Shown piece after piece: positions 1 through 9,361 of a DNA stretch of 64,000 nucleotides; the stretch's first letter is position 1; every line of letters starts with the position of its first letter. The stretch comes from Candidatus Melainabacteria bacterium 17Bon1m (GTDB taxonomy: Bacteria > Cyanobacteriota > Vampirovibrionia > Obscuribacterales > Obscuribacteraceae), in contig JAVLKG010000001.1 in NCBI GenBank assembly GCA_032128875.1, positions 480,001 to 544,000 on the forward strand, in the 5' to 3' direction. The position numbers were made by a program, and so were the translations under genes. The notes under the pieces were generated by a model, which saw nothing but the letters and a program-made list of their open reading frames with translations, did not search any database and was not told the origin of the DNA.

Positions 1-318
1 ACTTAATGTACATTTGTGAACCGGGGCGCTGTAATGCTTATAGATACGGCGTTTGAAGAAGTTCGCAGCCACTAGTGAATCACGTAAACTGTTTTAGTAA
101 ATTTGCGGCGAGTATATATGTTTTTGGAAATATCACCAGAACTTGCACAAGAAACAATTTGATGCCTAAAGAAAACAGTGTCCCTGCCTTCGGAGCGGAA
201 CACTGTTTTCAGTTTTTCACGTTTGGGTGGCGTAGTCTTAACTTACCCATGTGTGGCTTTTTTGATGCGTATTATCCGCGTCGAATCGTTTTTCGTAGCG
301 GGGTGGTTGGCATTGGAA

Positions 319-1311
319 TTACGCCGCGCGGCGTTTTTCGTTCTGCTCTTCCTTCTTCTTGATTGCTTTTGCTTCGTCTTCCGGCGTTTCCGAAGTAGGC
401 TCAGCTTTGCCCGACACATCTTCTCGTCCTATCTTAGACATGATCCAGCGACGGTGGCGCCATACGAAGATAGCTGCAATAGGTGTGCCGACTACAATTA
501 AGACACCAACGATGAGTACGGCAGCAAGAATCGCAGTGGTTGTAAAACTGACAACTTGCTTCAGTTCTTTCAAGTCAGCCTTCAAAGTGGTTAATTGGTC
601 GCCAACCCCTTTGACAGGGTCTTTCAACGCGATTACCGGATTTTTCAGTTCGACAATTGGTTCGTACATTTGTCCAAGCTGCCGTTCCATGTGGGCGATA
701 CGCCTGTCGACCGAGTTCATCCCGTTGTGAATGTTTGTGATGTCACCATGCATGGTGGTCATCTTAGCGTTGACTTCGTCCATGGTGGCATCGACTTGTT
801 GCATATCATCACGCAAACCGACCATCGGTTTTTGCAAGTTTGCAATTGGTGCTTCTAATCTGACAATTTGTTTCTGCAGTTCGATAACTGTTTTTTGGGT
901 ATCAGTAACTGGTTTCAAAAGCCACGCAAAAGGATTGAGCGCTTGCAGTCCCATTCCCTTTTTCTTTTTCTTCATTACATTCGGATCAATCTTTTGTCCA
1001 TCTATCTGATTCGACGCCTGGATGGTCTTAGCGTCTAACCGTTCTTGCTCGGTTTGACTGACGCCGGATTTTTTGGCTGCTTTAGCTGCTTGTTTGGCTT
1101 CAGTCTTTGCTGCTTTTGCTTCGGATTTTGCAGCCTTAGCTTCTTCTTTTGATGCAGCAGCTTCTTCTTTTGCTGATTTAGCCTCGTTTTTCGCTTCAAC
1201 ATCGCCTACCACGGTAGGCTGCGCGGTCACCGGTGCCTGCGCCAAAGCCTGCTGGGCGGGGGCGCTCAAAAGCACGGCCGTAATAATTGATAGAAATACC
1301 TTGTTGTACAT
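319..1311 (-). CDS. Exported/membrane-anchored coiled-coil protein
   Basis: Start trimmed to ATG 1311 (GGAG/AAGGA upstream). N-terminal signal peptide (MYNKVFLSIITAVLLSAPAQQALA), Ala/Lys-rich segment, heptad coiled coil, C-terminal hydrophobic helix. Confidence 0.75.
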   Translation of the reverse strand: MYNKVFLSIITAVLLSAPAQQALAQAPVTAQPTVVGDVEAKNEAKSAKEEAAASKEEAKAAKSEAKAAKTEAKQAAKAAKKSGVSQTEQERLDAKTIQASNQIDGQKIDPNVMKKKKKGMGLQALNPFAWLLKPVTDTQKTVIELQKQIVRLEAPIANLQKPMVGLRDDMQQVDATMDEVNAKMTTMHGDITNIHNGMNSVDRRIAHMERQLGQMYEPIVELKNPVIALKDPVKGVGDQLTTLKADLKELKQVVSFTTTAILAAVLIVGVLIVVGTPIAAIFVWRHRRWIMSKIGREDVSGKAEPTSETPEDEAKAIKKKEEQNEKRRAA

Positions 1312-1533
1312 AACGATTCCTTTTTTCTCCGGTGCTGATGAAATGACCGTCTTCAATATCGGAGGTTCCCAAAGATTTTTCCAATGATTTGGAAACAGTA
1401 GGCCTGTCACGCTTGCAGCCAATTATGAACTTAACACGCCAAGCGATGGAACTCTCTGCACTCGAAATCGTCCCACTTTCAGGCTTTATGGGGCGACAGT
1501 GCGCCGGAGCGTTGTTATTAGGGAGATGAGAGT

Positions 1534-1866
1534 ATGGCTAACGAAGAAAAAGATGAAACGAAGAATGAGCTTGCTTGTGAAAGCAGCACCTGCTCTATGG
1601 AAGAAAAACTTTCAAAATTAGGCGCGAAAATTGATGAGTTCGCTGCAAAATCCGCAGAAATGAAAGAAGACGCGAAATGCAAGCTCGACGACCTCAATGA
1701 AAAACGTCAAGCAGCTATGAAGCGCTTTGAAGAATTGAAAACTAGCGCGCCGGAAGCTTTGGCTGAGCTCAAGAGCGGTTTTGAGAAGTCGATCGCTGAC
1801 TTGCAACAAGCATTCGAAGATATTCGCGAAGCCTCGGCTAAGGCGAAGGATAAATTGGCTAGTTAA
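1534..1866 (+). CDS. Small helical coiled-coil protein, probable general-stress protein
   Basis: GGAGA RBS; charged, all-helical 110-aa sequence; sits among stress-type genes. Confidence 0.65.
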   Translation: MANEEKDETKNELACESSTCSMEEKLSKLGAKIDEFAAKSAEMKEDAKCKLDDLNEKRQAAMKRFEELKTSAPEALAELKSGFEKSIADLQQAFEDIREASAKAKDKLAS

Positions 1867-1926
1867 GGGACTTAGGGAGAGGGCGCAGAGTCCTCTCCTT
1901 TTAATGGGAGTAAAAGGGAGAAAGGT

Positions 1927-2400
1927 ATGAATTCAGAAGCTGTAGAAGATTTGAATGCCTTGTTGAAAGGTGAATTGACCGCCGTCGAAACCTACAATCA
2001 GGCACTGCCAAAGGTTGAGAACAAGGAAATCGCCAGTGTATTGAGTGATTGCCTTGCCTCTCACCAAGCGCGAGCCGGAAAACTCTCGGAGGCTATTAGA
2101 GATTTTGGTGGCACACCAGAATGTGATACAGGAGTCTGGGGCAGTTGGGCGAAAATGCTCTCAGGTGGCGCCTCTACGTTCGGAGACGACGCTACTGTAG
2201 CTGCGCTCGAGCAAGAGGAAGATGCGCAAGCTAGCGACTATGAGTGGCGCCTGGTCAAGATGCACGGAGAACACCGCAACTTGGTTAAGAATGAACTGAT
2301 GCCTGAGCAGCAGCGTTACCGTAGCATGTTGGCGAATCTGTTGAATGCTGAGATGAAAGGCAAATGGCCTCCGACACCAGTGAAGGACAAAGAAATTTAG
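1927..2400 (+). CDS. DUF2383/PA2169-type ferritin-like four-helix-bundle protein
   Basis: LNALLKGELTAVETYNQAL...H...L...I...GG.P motif; strong RBS. Confidence 0.8.
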   Translation: MNSEAVEDLNALLKGELTAVETYNQALPKVENKEIASVLSDCLASHQARAGKLSEAIRDFGGTPECDTGVWGSWAKMLSGGASTFGDDATVAALEQEEDAQASDYEWRLVKMHGEHRNLVKNELMPEQQRYRSMLANLLNAEMKGKWPPTPVKDKEI

Positions 2401-2422
2401 TGTTAGCAAAATCAGCCTGAGC

Positions 2423-2457
2423 TAAAACGACTCGCTAAAAGGCGGGTCGTTTTAATT
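2423..2457 (+). terminator. Intrinsic terminator, possibly bidirectional
   Basis: AAAACGACTCGC-loop-GCGGGTCGTTTT hairpin after the stop at 2400. Confidence 0.7.
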
Positions 2458-2538
2458 TAATCGCAGCACGGTGCCACATACGAAGACAAAAACCAAAACC
2501 CAAAACACATACTCAAAAATTTGAACACACAAAGAGAC

Positions 2539-2566
2539 AAAAAGACAGCGCAGGTATGCGCTGTCT
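2539..2566 (-). terminator. Intrinsic terminator for the minus-strand genes
   Basis: AGACAGCGCA-GGTA-TGCGCTGTCT hairpin with a T-run on the minus strand. Confidence 0.65.
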
Positions 2567-2590
2567 CTCATCTTCAAGGTTGCTAGCTTT

Positions 2591-2794
2591 CTAGCCGCCT
2601 ATGAAATCGTCTTCAGTGTACATTCTTTCTTCTTCAGGATCGTTTCGGACGTCGATGCGCACCATGTTGTCTGGAGTCAGAGTGCCGCACTTCGGGCAGG
2701 TGAGTGTGCCTGTTTCATATCGAAATTTGGTGTTGCATAACTGGCACAGATACTTTCCTGCCTCTGCAGGCTTATTCTCCATTTTTGCTTTCAT
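2591..2794 (-). CDS. Small zinc-ribbon protein
   Basis: CQLC...CPKC pairs; start trimmed to MKAKM. Confidence 0.65.
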   Translation of the reverse strand: MKAKMENKPAEAGKYLCQLCNTKFRYETGTLTCPKCGTLTPDNMVRIDVRNDPEEERMYTEDDFIGG

Positions 2795-2827
2795 GTGTTT
2801 GCCCCTATGTTTTAGTTTGACTATCAT

Positions 2828-3262
2828 TTAACCATCGAGAACTACGGCGTCGAGCTGATTAGCGACGCTCTCTAATTCTTCTGGGCTAGCACTTTCCTTG
2901 AGTCTCGGAAAGAGAGTGTTTTCGCAGAATTCTTTGTGTCTTTCAAACTTGTATGCGAGTGTTTCCAACCCTTGTTCGAAGCCAGGCTCGTCGACGTGAA
3001 TCATGCAGAGATTTTCGGCATCAGCTCTGAGTTCGTCGCGGTGCTTCTGTGCTTCTTGCACGAGATCGTCAATTCCTTCGGCGTTGATGGTGCTAATCAG
3101 CGCGTTTTCTTTGTTGAAGTTAGATTCCAGACCGTCCAGAATACGCTTCGTTTCCTCAAAGACACGATCTTGCGTCCACTCGGAATAGTGCGCAGCGGTC
3201 TCAGACAATCTGTGGGCTAAGTGAGCCTCGTTTGTGAGGAGGAATTCAAATACATCCATCAT
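2828..3262 (-). CDS. Hemerythrin/HHE-like cation-binding protein (degenerate)
   Basis: MDVFEFL start and FERHKEFCENTLFPRL C-terminal motif typical of the hemerythrin-like fold. Confidence 0.65.
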   Translation of the reverse strand: MMDVFEFLLTNEAHLAHRLSETAAHYSEWTQDRVFEETKRILDGLESNFNKENALISTINAEGIDDLVQEAQKHRDELRADAENLCMIHVDEPGFEQGLETLAYKFERHKEFCENTLFPRLKESASPEELESVANQLDAVVLDG

Positions 3263-3368
3263 GATTTCATTTACCCCTTTGTAATTTCCACTTTGGAGAC
3301 GCAAGAAGCCCTCCAAGGTTCCAATCGAGGGAGTGTTCACGCGGGATGCGCTTCAACCCCGTCCGCTG

Positions 3369-3402
3369 GAAAAAATAGAGGGGTGTCCTTCGGGCACCCC
3401 TC
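3369..3402 (-). terminator. Intrinsic terminator
   Basis: GAGGGGTGTCC/GGGCACCCCTC hairpin followed by T6 on the minus strand, just after the stop at 3422. Confidence 0.7.
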
Positions 3403-3421
3403 AGTACTGCTTTCTTGTTAT

Positions 3422-3901
3422 CTAAGCTTTCTTTCTCAGCTTAATTGGCTCGATTGATTCGCCAGCGCGCAGCTTTGCTACTTCTTCACCAAGCTTGTCC
3501 AAATCGTATTCGGCATTTTCGATGCAAGGAATTAGAGATGTTTCTTCCCGTTCAATTAATTTACAAACGGCTTCTCTAAGCTCTTTCATCTTTGCTTCGA
3601 ACTCTTCCTTGTCGATGTCGGCATATAGACGTTGAACCTGTGCCAAATGCATTTTGACGCTGTTGTCGCTGTCCTTTAGCTCATCAACAAATGAATTGTC
3701 TTCGGCCATTTGCGCAGCCGCTGGGAAAATAATTACTTCGTCGACGCGGGCGTGTTCTTGCAGTTGCATTCCCAGTTCGCGGACGATATTTTCTTTTTCT
3801 TTCACATCACCGGCGGTATCATACTTTTGCAGAAGTTTTTTGATATCTTCGTGGTCTTTACGAATAACCTCACAAGCAGATATCGCTTTATTCTTAGCCA
3901 T
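3422..3901 (-). CDS. Hemerythrin/HHE-like protein
   Basis: IRKDHEDIKKLL and LQEHARVDEVIIFPA motifs; CAGGAG RBS. Confidence 0.75.
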   Translation of the reverse strand: MAKNKAISACEVIRKDHEDIKKLLQKYDTAGDVKEKENIVRELGMQLQEHARVDEVIIFPAAAQMAEDNSFVDELKDSDNSVKMHLAQVQRLYADIDKEEFEAKMKELREAVCKLIEREETSLIPCIENAEYDLDKLGEEVAKLRAGESIEPIKLRKKA

Positions 3902-3927
3902 TGTTATTTCTCCTGGTCAATTAAGTG

Positions 3928-4161
3928 TTATTCGGCTTTGTTTTCGACGAGAAGGCGCCCCAAATGAGCTTTTAGCTTCTCTAAATGTCTCAGTTCGTCA
4001 TGCTTTATTTCCACCAAGATTTGCGTCAAATGAGTGTCTGCCTGTACGTCGGAGAGATATCCCTCGTACGCCGCGAGCGCTTTAGACTTGTGATGCATGA
4101 TAGAAATCAAGTCATAGGTTTTGTCATTGAGCGGAAAACGCTCCGTTTTTGACGATGTCAT
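3928..4161 (-). CDS. Small ferritin-like helical protein
   Basis: YDLISIMHHKSKALAAYEGY...DELRHLEKL (DExxH); GAGG RBS before ATG 4161. Confidence 0.65.
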   Translation of the reverse strand: MTSSKTERFPLNDKTYDLISIMHHKSKALAAYEGYLSDVQADTHLTQILVEIKHDELRHLEKLKAHLGRLLVENKAE

Positions 4162-4359
4162 TTTCTGTTTCCTCGAATTCGTTTGGTAGGTAGGCGAACG
4201 CAAGCTACCAAATGTTCCCTGTAACTCAAATGCGGCTACATAGTGAAAGAGGAGTGATACCCCGGTAAAAATATTCAATTAAATAGTGAAAGTTACGACT
4301 AAAATCAAGAATCTGAGGTCTGATCATCGCAAAAGGCAAAAGCCGAGCGGGTGCTCGGC

Positions 4360-4762
4360 TTAGCGGTGGAAATAAAGAAACTCTGCTAGCTCGTCGGGGC
4401 ATGGAAGGGGTCTATGCCAAAAGACGCTTTCACCGTCAGGCAACTTTCCGACTGCCGCCCATACACTTACCACGGGGCCTGAGTTGCGAGGAAGCTCTTC
4501 TTCCAATGTCATCACCATGTTGGGTTTCATATCTTGCGAGCAATTAATCAACCTGCTCTTAATGTCGAATACTTCCGGATCCGTAAGGGGCTGAAAGCCG
4601 GAGAGGTGAGCGCCTAACAAAACTAATAACTTGTGCGCCGTGACGTCTGCTTCTGATGCGTCGGCGCCAATAAACTCTTCCATCACCAAAATCCTCTTGC
4701 TTTTCGATTGATGCTAGAAGGACGACGCGGACATGCTCAGGTTCCATCGTGATTGGCTCCAT
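4360..4762 (-). CDS. Hypothetical protein, possibly frameshifted near 4688-4691
   Basis: Two overlapping ORFs (4559-4762 and 4360-4689) join into one frame if one T is removed from GATTTTGGTG. Confidence 0.4.
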
Positions 4763-5015
4763 TACTTAATTCCATCAAGGTTTCACTGGTCATTCACATC
4801 CTTTATAGGAGCAATTCGACTGGCGATAACGAGGTGACTTGAAAGGTGTTTCACAAGGCGACTTGGTAAATCCCTGCATGGATACGGGAACTTTTGACGC
4901 TTTTGCGGGCTCTATCCACGCACAAATTGACACTAATATTGACACATCGATTCAGTGCTCGATCCGCCCCCTCGGGAGTTTGCCGGTCGCCTGAATGAAT
5001 AGAGAGGACATCATT

Positions 5016-5588
5016 ATGCATCAAGCAGTTGTTTGTATCGCGCCGAGTATCACGGACGCAGAGCGCCTTGTAGACACGCTCAAAAGCTCGGGTTTCACCG
5101 CCGACGATATTTCGCTTATGATGCCTGACTCTTACGGCGCTCAAGAATTGGCATATGAAAAACACTCCAAGGCATCCTGCGGCTTTATGATAGGTTCGCT
5201 ACTTGGATCGGTTATCGGGGGCGTGCTCGGTTTCTTCGCGCAACGTGGAAGTTTCGGCACTCAAAACCTAGAACAAGTCATTGCAGCTGGACCTACAATG
5301 GCTGTTTTGGCTGGTATCGCAGTATTTGGCTTAGCATTCGCTTTGATAGGAGCGCTTTATGGTATGAGCCTGCCGGTGTTTGAAGCGAAGAAATTCGAGC
5401 GCACCATGCGCTTCGGTAACACCCTGTTGGCAGTTCACACTGAAAACGAGAAGGAAGCACGTGTTGTTGAAAAACTCTTCAAAGACGGTGGCGGACTCGA
5501 AGTTCAACGAACTGCTGAAGAATCAATCAAGAGACCGAAGACCATGGAACAAAGTGTAATTGAACACGATAAGCGCAGAGCCGCTTAA
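5016..5588 (+). CDS. General-stress membrane protein (DUF3341/YflT-like)
   Basis: AERLVDTLKSSGF..DDIS motif, Gly-rich TM hairpin, LLAVHT motif; GAGG RBS. Confidence 0.7.
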   Translation: MHQAVVCIAPSITDAERLVDTLKSSGFTADDISLMMPDSYGAQELAYEKHSKASCGFMIGSLLGSVIGGVLGFFAQRGSFGTQNLEQVIAAGPTMAVLAGIAVFGLAFALIGALYGMSLPVFEAKKFERTMRFGNTLLAVHTENEKEARVVEKLFKDGGGLEVQRTAEESIKRPKTMEQSVIEHDKRRAA

Positions 5589-5668
5589 TTCTACAAAAAC
5601 GAAAGTGTTCGGCACGGCTAGCGCACCTGAGGATGCATACCTCCAAGGGTGCGCTAGTTATTTGTTGG

Positions 5669-6202
5669 CTATGAAAAGATTGGAGCGGCACTGAGAGGTA
5701 GCATTTGTCTAGTGTCTGAGTCGAAAAATGAAACCCAATTGACCTCGGGTTCGAAGTGCCATGCATGCAGCTTAATCAGGCGCTGCTGACTTCGGTCGCT
5801 TTCTTGCAGAAATCGCGCGGTATCTTGCAATTGTTGCTCTAAGTCAGGTTGGAGCGTGTAGATGCATCCATTGTGCGTGCAAATAATTACGTCTTCTACA
5901 TTCGGCATATTCGATAGTACAGTTTCGAAGAAATTCAACGAATATTCTGGTTTCGGAGGAGGGTGCATTATGTCAGCCGATGCTCGCTGCTCGGCTGTCT
6001 GCTTGTGTAACTGCGCACCTGGAATCAGAATGTATGCGAGTGGTTGCAGTCTCTCTAACTCTTTTAAAGTTGGTATTGCATCTTGCTCGCAACAGGCAAC
6101 GATGACAGTTCTTACTTCTAGCAAGGAATGCTCAGGAACTTTCAGAGAGTAGGCAAAGTGTTCTGGCATCTGTTCGCGGATTTTTTGCAGATACATAAGC
6201 AA
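5669..6202 (-). CDS. Divergent beta-carbonic anhydrase-like protein
   Basis: VIVACC, VIICTHNGC (HxxC) and LHAWHFE match beta-CA motifs; CxDxR is not intact. Confidence 0.55.
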   Translation of the reverse strand: MLMYLQKIREQMPEHFAYSLKVPEHSLLEVRTVIVACCEQDAIPTLKELERLQPLAYILIPGAQLHKQTAEQRASADIMHPPPKPEYSLNFFETVLSNMPNVEDVIICTHNGCIYTLQPDLEQQLQDTARFLQESDRSQQRLIKLHAWHFEPEVNWVSFFDSDTRQMLPLSAAPIFS

Positions 6203-6377
6203 CCTCCATCACGATGCCATAGTGTTATCGGTGCGCCAATCTTGCTGGCAAATTGCTTTGTCGCACCGATACTCTTTTACGAGTCTATGTTTTCATTTTA
6301 GCTTAAGCAGGTTTCAAAAAACTTTCCGCAAGCATTATGAAAGTGTGTTGCTTATACTCGTGCACCACTAGAGGTGC

Positions 6378-6863
6378 TTATGCAACTTTAGAAGAACCAG
6401 TAGAACCCTTATGACGTGCTGGTTTTATCACATGCACCGGGATTTTCGCATTGCTCATGATTCTGTTGCTGATTTCAGGTCCAAACCATCGTAGCTTTCG
6501 TTCTGGTTCTGTAACCAGAACGATTTTCGTTGCATTCATAATGTCAGCTTCTTCGAGAATTCCATCGTGAATTGAATCTACAACGGTAGATTTAATGGAG
6601 ATGCGCACACCTTGAAGTGCGTCGACTAAGGTCTTTCCGAGCTCTTCCAAAAAGTGCTGACATTCATCTACTCTGTCTAACTGTTCATCGGCGAGTCTGA
6701 TCGCCTCTGTCGCGCTGAAAAACGAAGGACGGGCTAGCTTGTCCTCAACGCAGTGCAACAAGCGTATTTCAGAGGTATTTGCGTCAGGATTCATTAACAG
6801 TGTCTGTATGGCGAATTTACCCTGCTCGTATGTCTTGATTGGAAGCAGAATCTTGTTTTGCAT
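6378..6863 (-). CDS. Universal stress protein (USP)-like
   Basis: KILLPI start, LLHCVE, and C-terminal SNRIMSNAKIPVHVIK USP signature; AAGGAGG RBS. Confidence 0.75.
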   Translation of the reverse strand: MQNKILLPIKTYEQGKFAIQTLLMNPDANTSEIRLLHCVEDKLARPSFFSATEAIRLADEQLDRVDECQHFLEELGKTLVDALQGVRISIKSTVVDSIHDGILEEADIMNATKIVLVTEPERKLRWFGPEISNRIMSNAKIPVHVIKPARHKGSTGSSKVA

Positions 6864-6954
6864 GGTAACCTCCTTCGTATCGACATATTGTAATAATGCA
6901 ATATGACAATATTAGTAATTTATCAAAAAGCGCTCATACTGTCAAGGTTTTGAC

Positions 6955-7374
6955 CTAGCGAGAACGCTTTTGTTTAGCCGTTTTGCTCGAAGTTTTTTCA
7001 GTCTTTTGCTTGGACCAAGTCGATCGCGTCGAATTCATTGCAGATAACAAACTGCGCGATTCTTTCTCGTTGGGCGACACAAAGAAAATGCACTCAACCA
7101 CTAGGTCTGCTAGCTCTTGGTGTCGTAAGTGGTAGTAAACATGCCGACCATCGCGGCGTTCTAGCACAACTCTGTTTGCCCGCAAGATTCCCAGATGCTG
7201 AGATACAGTCGCTTGTGGCACCATCAATGCGTCTTTTAGATCCGTCACTGTGCGTTCGCCGTTGCGAAGTTCTTCAATGATGAGCACTCTCAATGGATGC
7301 GCAAGTACACCAAAAAAGCGTGACAGTTCTTCAGCGACTACATTGCGGTCCATATCGGCGAGAGGGTTGCTCAT
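6955..7374 (-). CDS. ArsR/SmtB-family transcriptional regulator
   Basis: FGVLAHPLRVLII...VSQHLGILR...RRDGRHVYY winged HTH. Confidence 0.9.
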   Translation of the reverse strand: MSNPLADMDRNVVAEELSRFFGVLAHPLRVLIIEELRNGERTVTDLKDALMVPQATVSQHLGILRANRVVLERRDGRHVYYHLRHQELADLVVECIFFVSPNEKESRSLLSAMNSTRSTWSKQKTEKTSSKTAKQKRSR

Positions 7375-7426
7375 CCAGAGTTGTGACCGCTTGATCCTAA
7401 CATGTAACCAGCCTCTCGCCGGTTCA

Positions 7427-9073
7427 TCACGTATTGTCAAGGATAGCCACCCCGCTTATTCGCGCCTCTTGCCGTTCGCCTGGTCTTACCCGCGGCCGCC
7501 GGGCATAGCGCGGTATTGTGTGTATATCTGTCGGTGACTGTTCCCAATCAATGAATAGCTTTCCTTTATGCTGCCGCTCCCATTGGGTCAACTGTTGCAG
7601 GCATGCATGGTCCATGTACCGAAGGTTATCCAGGTTCAGGTGCAAGATCTGATCGTCGGCAATTTCACCCAGGACTTCTGTGAGTTTCGGCAGTGCAACG
7701 AATGTCGCCGCACCACTCAGGTGCAGGGTGACCACTCGAGGGTCGTTCGATTTCTGCACATGTATATCCAGGTTTGAAAGGACGAAGAAAGCTTTTGCCG
7801 CGGCGACTACAAATCCGATCAATACACCCGTGAATAAATTAGTGGCGATGATCGCGCTGGCAGTCAGGGCGAAAATCATCAGTTCTCCCTTCTCATAGCC
7901 TTTTATCTGCCCGAATATATTTGAGACCATTCTGTAGCCAATCAGGACCAGCGTTGCCGATAGCACGCAGCTTGGAATAGCCTTCAGAAGTTGTGGTGCA
8001 AGGAAAATGACGGCTAGCATGAGCGCGCCGTGAAGTATATTCGGCGTGTTGTCGGTGGCGCCATTCTGCTTGTTCGCGACGCTTCTGAGAAGCACACCAA
8101 CAATTGGTAGAATGCCGAGAAATCCACATATCGTATTGCCAATACCTTGCGCAATCAGCTCGCGGTCGTGTTTGATATTTCCTCTTGATGCTTGCGGATC
8201 AAGGGCAGTCAGCGTGATCAGTGATTGTGCACTGCAAACAAATGCCAGCATGAATGCTGCGGTCAAAATTTCCTGCTTGCTCACGCAACTGATGAAATTC
8301 GAAACCGTAAGAGGCGTCAGATTCTGCGTCAAATTGGTTGGGAAGTCAACGAGATTTACCGGCAGTTTGAGCCAGTAGGCAACGCTCGAGATGGCAACTA
8401 TTGTCACAAGTACATTCGGAATGGAGCGCAACTTTTTTGGTGCAAAACGCGTCCAGAGCAAGGCGATTGCTATTGCAGAAACGCTCAATACAGCTGCTAA
8501 GAAGTGTGCAGAACCGTCTGCCACGGAGAATGTTTTTATGACAGTCTCGGGAATCAGAACCATATTCATCAACCCGGACTCTTTTGGAGTGTCGTCCAGC
8601 ATTATGTGAAACTGCGTGAAAATAATTAGCAGTCCCATGCCTGCAAGCATGCCGTTGATCAATGCGGGCGAAAGGGCTTTAAACCACTTTGCGGAACTCG
8701 ACAGACCAAGGGCAATTTGAATTAGTCCTGCAGTTAAAACGATAGCGCCGAGATTTTGTATTCCATATTTCCGAATAACCTCGAGAACGAGAACACCAAT
8801 GCCAGCGTCTGGTCCGGAAATTAAGTATGCAGAACTGGAAAACGCACCGCTGATTAGCGACGCGATTACACCCGACATAATGCCGAATTCGGGCGGAACT
8901 CCAGATGCAATTGCTACACCGACATTAAGTGGAAGTGCAATGCAGAGCAATACCAGTGCAGCACAAATGTTGACGCAAGTTAGCTTTCCTCTGGCTTTCG
9001 AGAGGAAGCCTTCCCGTTTGCTTCTCTCCATTAAATCGATCGTTTTTTCCATAGTAAGTTTCTCGCACATCAA
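7427..9073 (-). CDS. SulP/SLC26 inorganic anion transporter with STAS domain
   Basis: IALPLNVGVAIASG, ISGPDAG, RELIAQGIGN; C-terminal STAS-like YMDHAC. Confidence 0.9.
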   Translation of the reverse strand: MMCEKLTMEKTIDLMERSKREGFLSKARGKLTCVNICAALVLLCIALPLNVGVAIASGVPPEFGIMSGVIASLISGAFSSSAYLISGPDAGIGVLVLEVIRKYGIQNLGAIVLTAGLIQIALGLSSSAKWFKALSPALINGMLAGMGLLIIFTQFHIMLDDTPKESGLMNMVLIPETVIKTFSVADGSAHFLAAVLSVSAIAIALLWTRFAPKKLRSIPNVLVTIVAISSVAYWLKLPVNLVDFPTNLTQNLTPLTVSNFISCVSKQEILTAAFMLAFVCSAQSLITLTALDPQASRGNIKHDRELIAQGIGNTICGFLGILPIVGVLLRSVANKQNGATDNTPNILHGALMLAVIFLAPQLLKAIPSCVLSATLVLIGYRMVSNIFGQIKGYEKGELMIFALTASAIIATNLFTGVLIGFVVAAAKAFFVLSNLDIHVQKSNDPRVVTLHLSGAATFVALPKLTEVLGEIADDQILHLNLDNLRYMDHACLQQLTQWERQHKGKLFIDWEQSPTDIHTIPRYARRPRVRPGERQEARISGVAILDNT

Positions 9074-9277
9074 TATATAAGTGGGTATTGCGTGGGGTGA
9101 AAGCTTGGCGCAAGGGTGAAACCCTTACCGGCTCTGCCTCATGCACATATGCGAATATCGTAATACAACCATATCACACCGTTCTGTAGACGCGCATGAT
9201 CTGGCGAGGTTTCCTCTGAATGCAGAAATTTCTCTCTGTATCTAAACCTTCGTGAAACTTTTGTCGCTTTGTTTTTG

Positions 9278-9340
9278 GTAAACGGCAACGCCATGCGTCG
9301 ACCGTTTAAATACCGGGCCACGCATGGCGTCGCCCCTACA
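9278..9340. repeat. REP-like inverted pair (GTAG-type)
   Basis: GGCAACGCCATGCGT (9284-98) pairs with ACGCATGGCGTCGCC (9320-34); the minus strand starts GTAGGGGCG. Confidence 0.6.
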
Positions 9341-9361
9341 TTATTACGATCAATATTGTGA

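Noticed and set aside
4782-4798. TTCACT-N5-TTCACA direct repeat
   Set aside because: Has the 11-bp period but no TAnnnT at N10, so it was not counted as a regulon promoter
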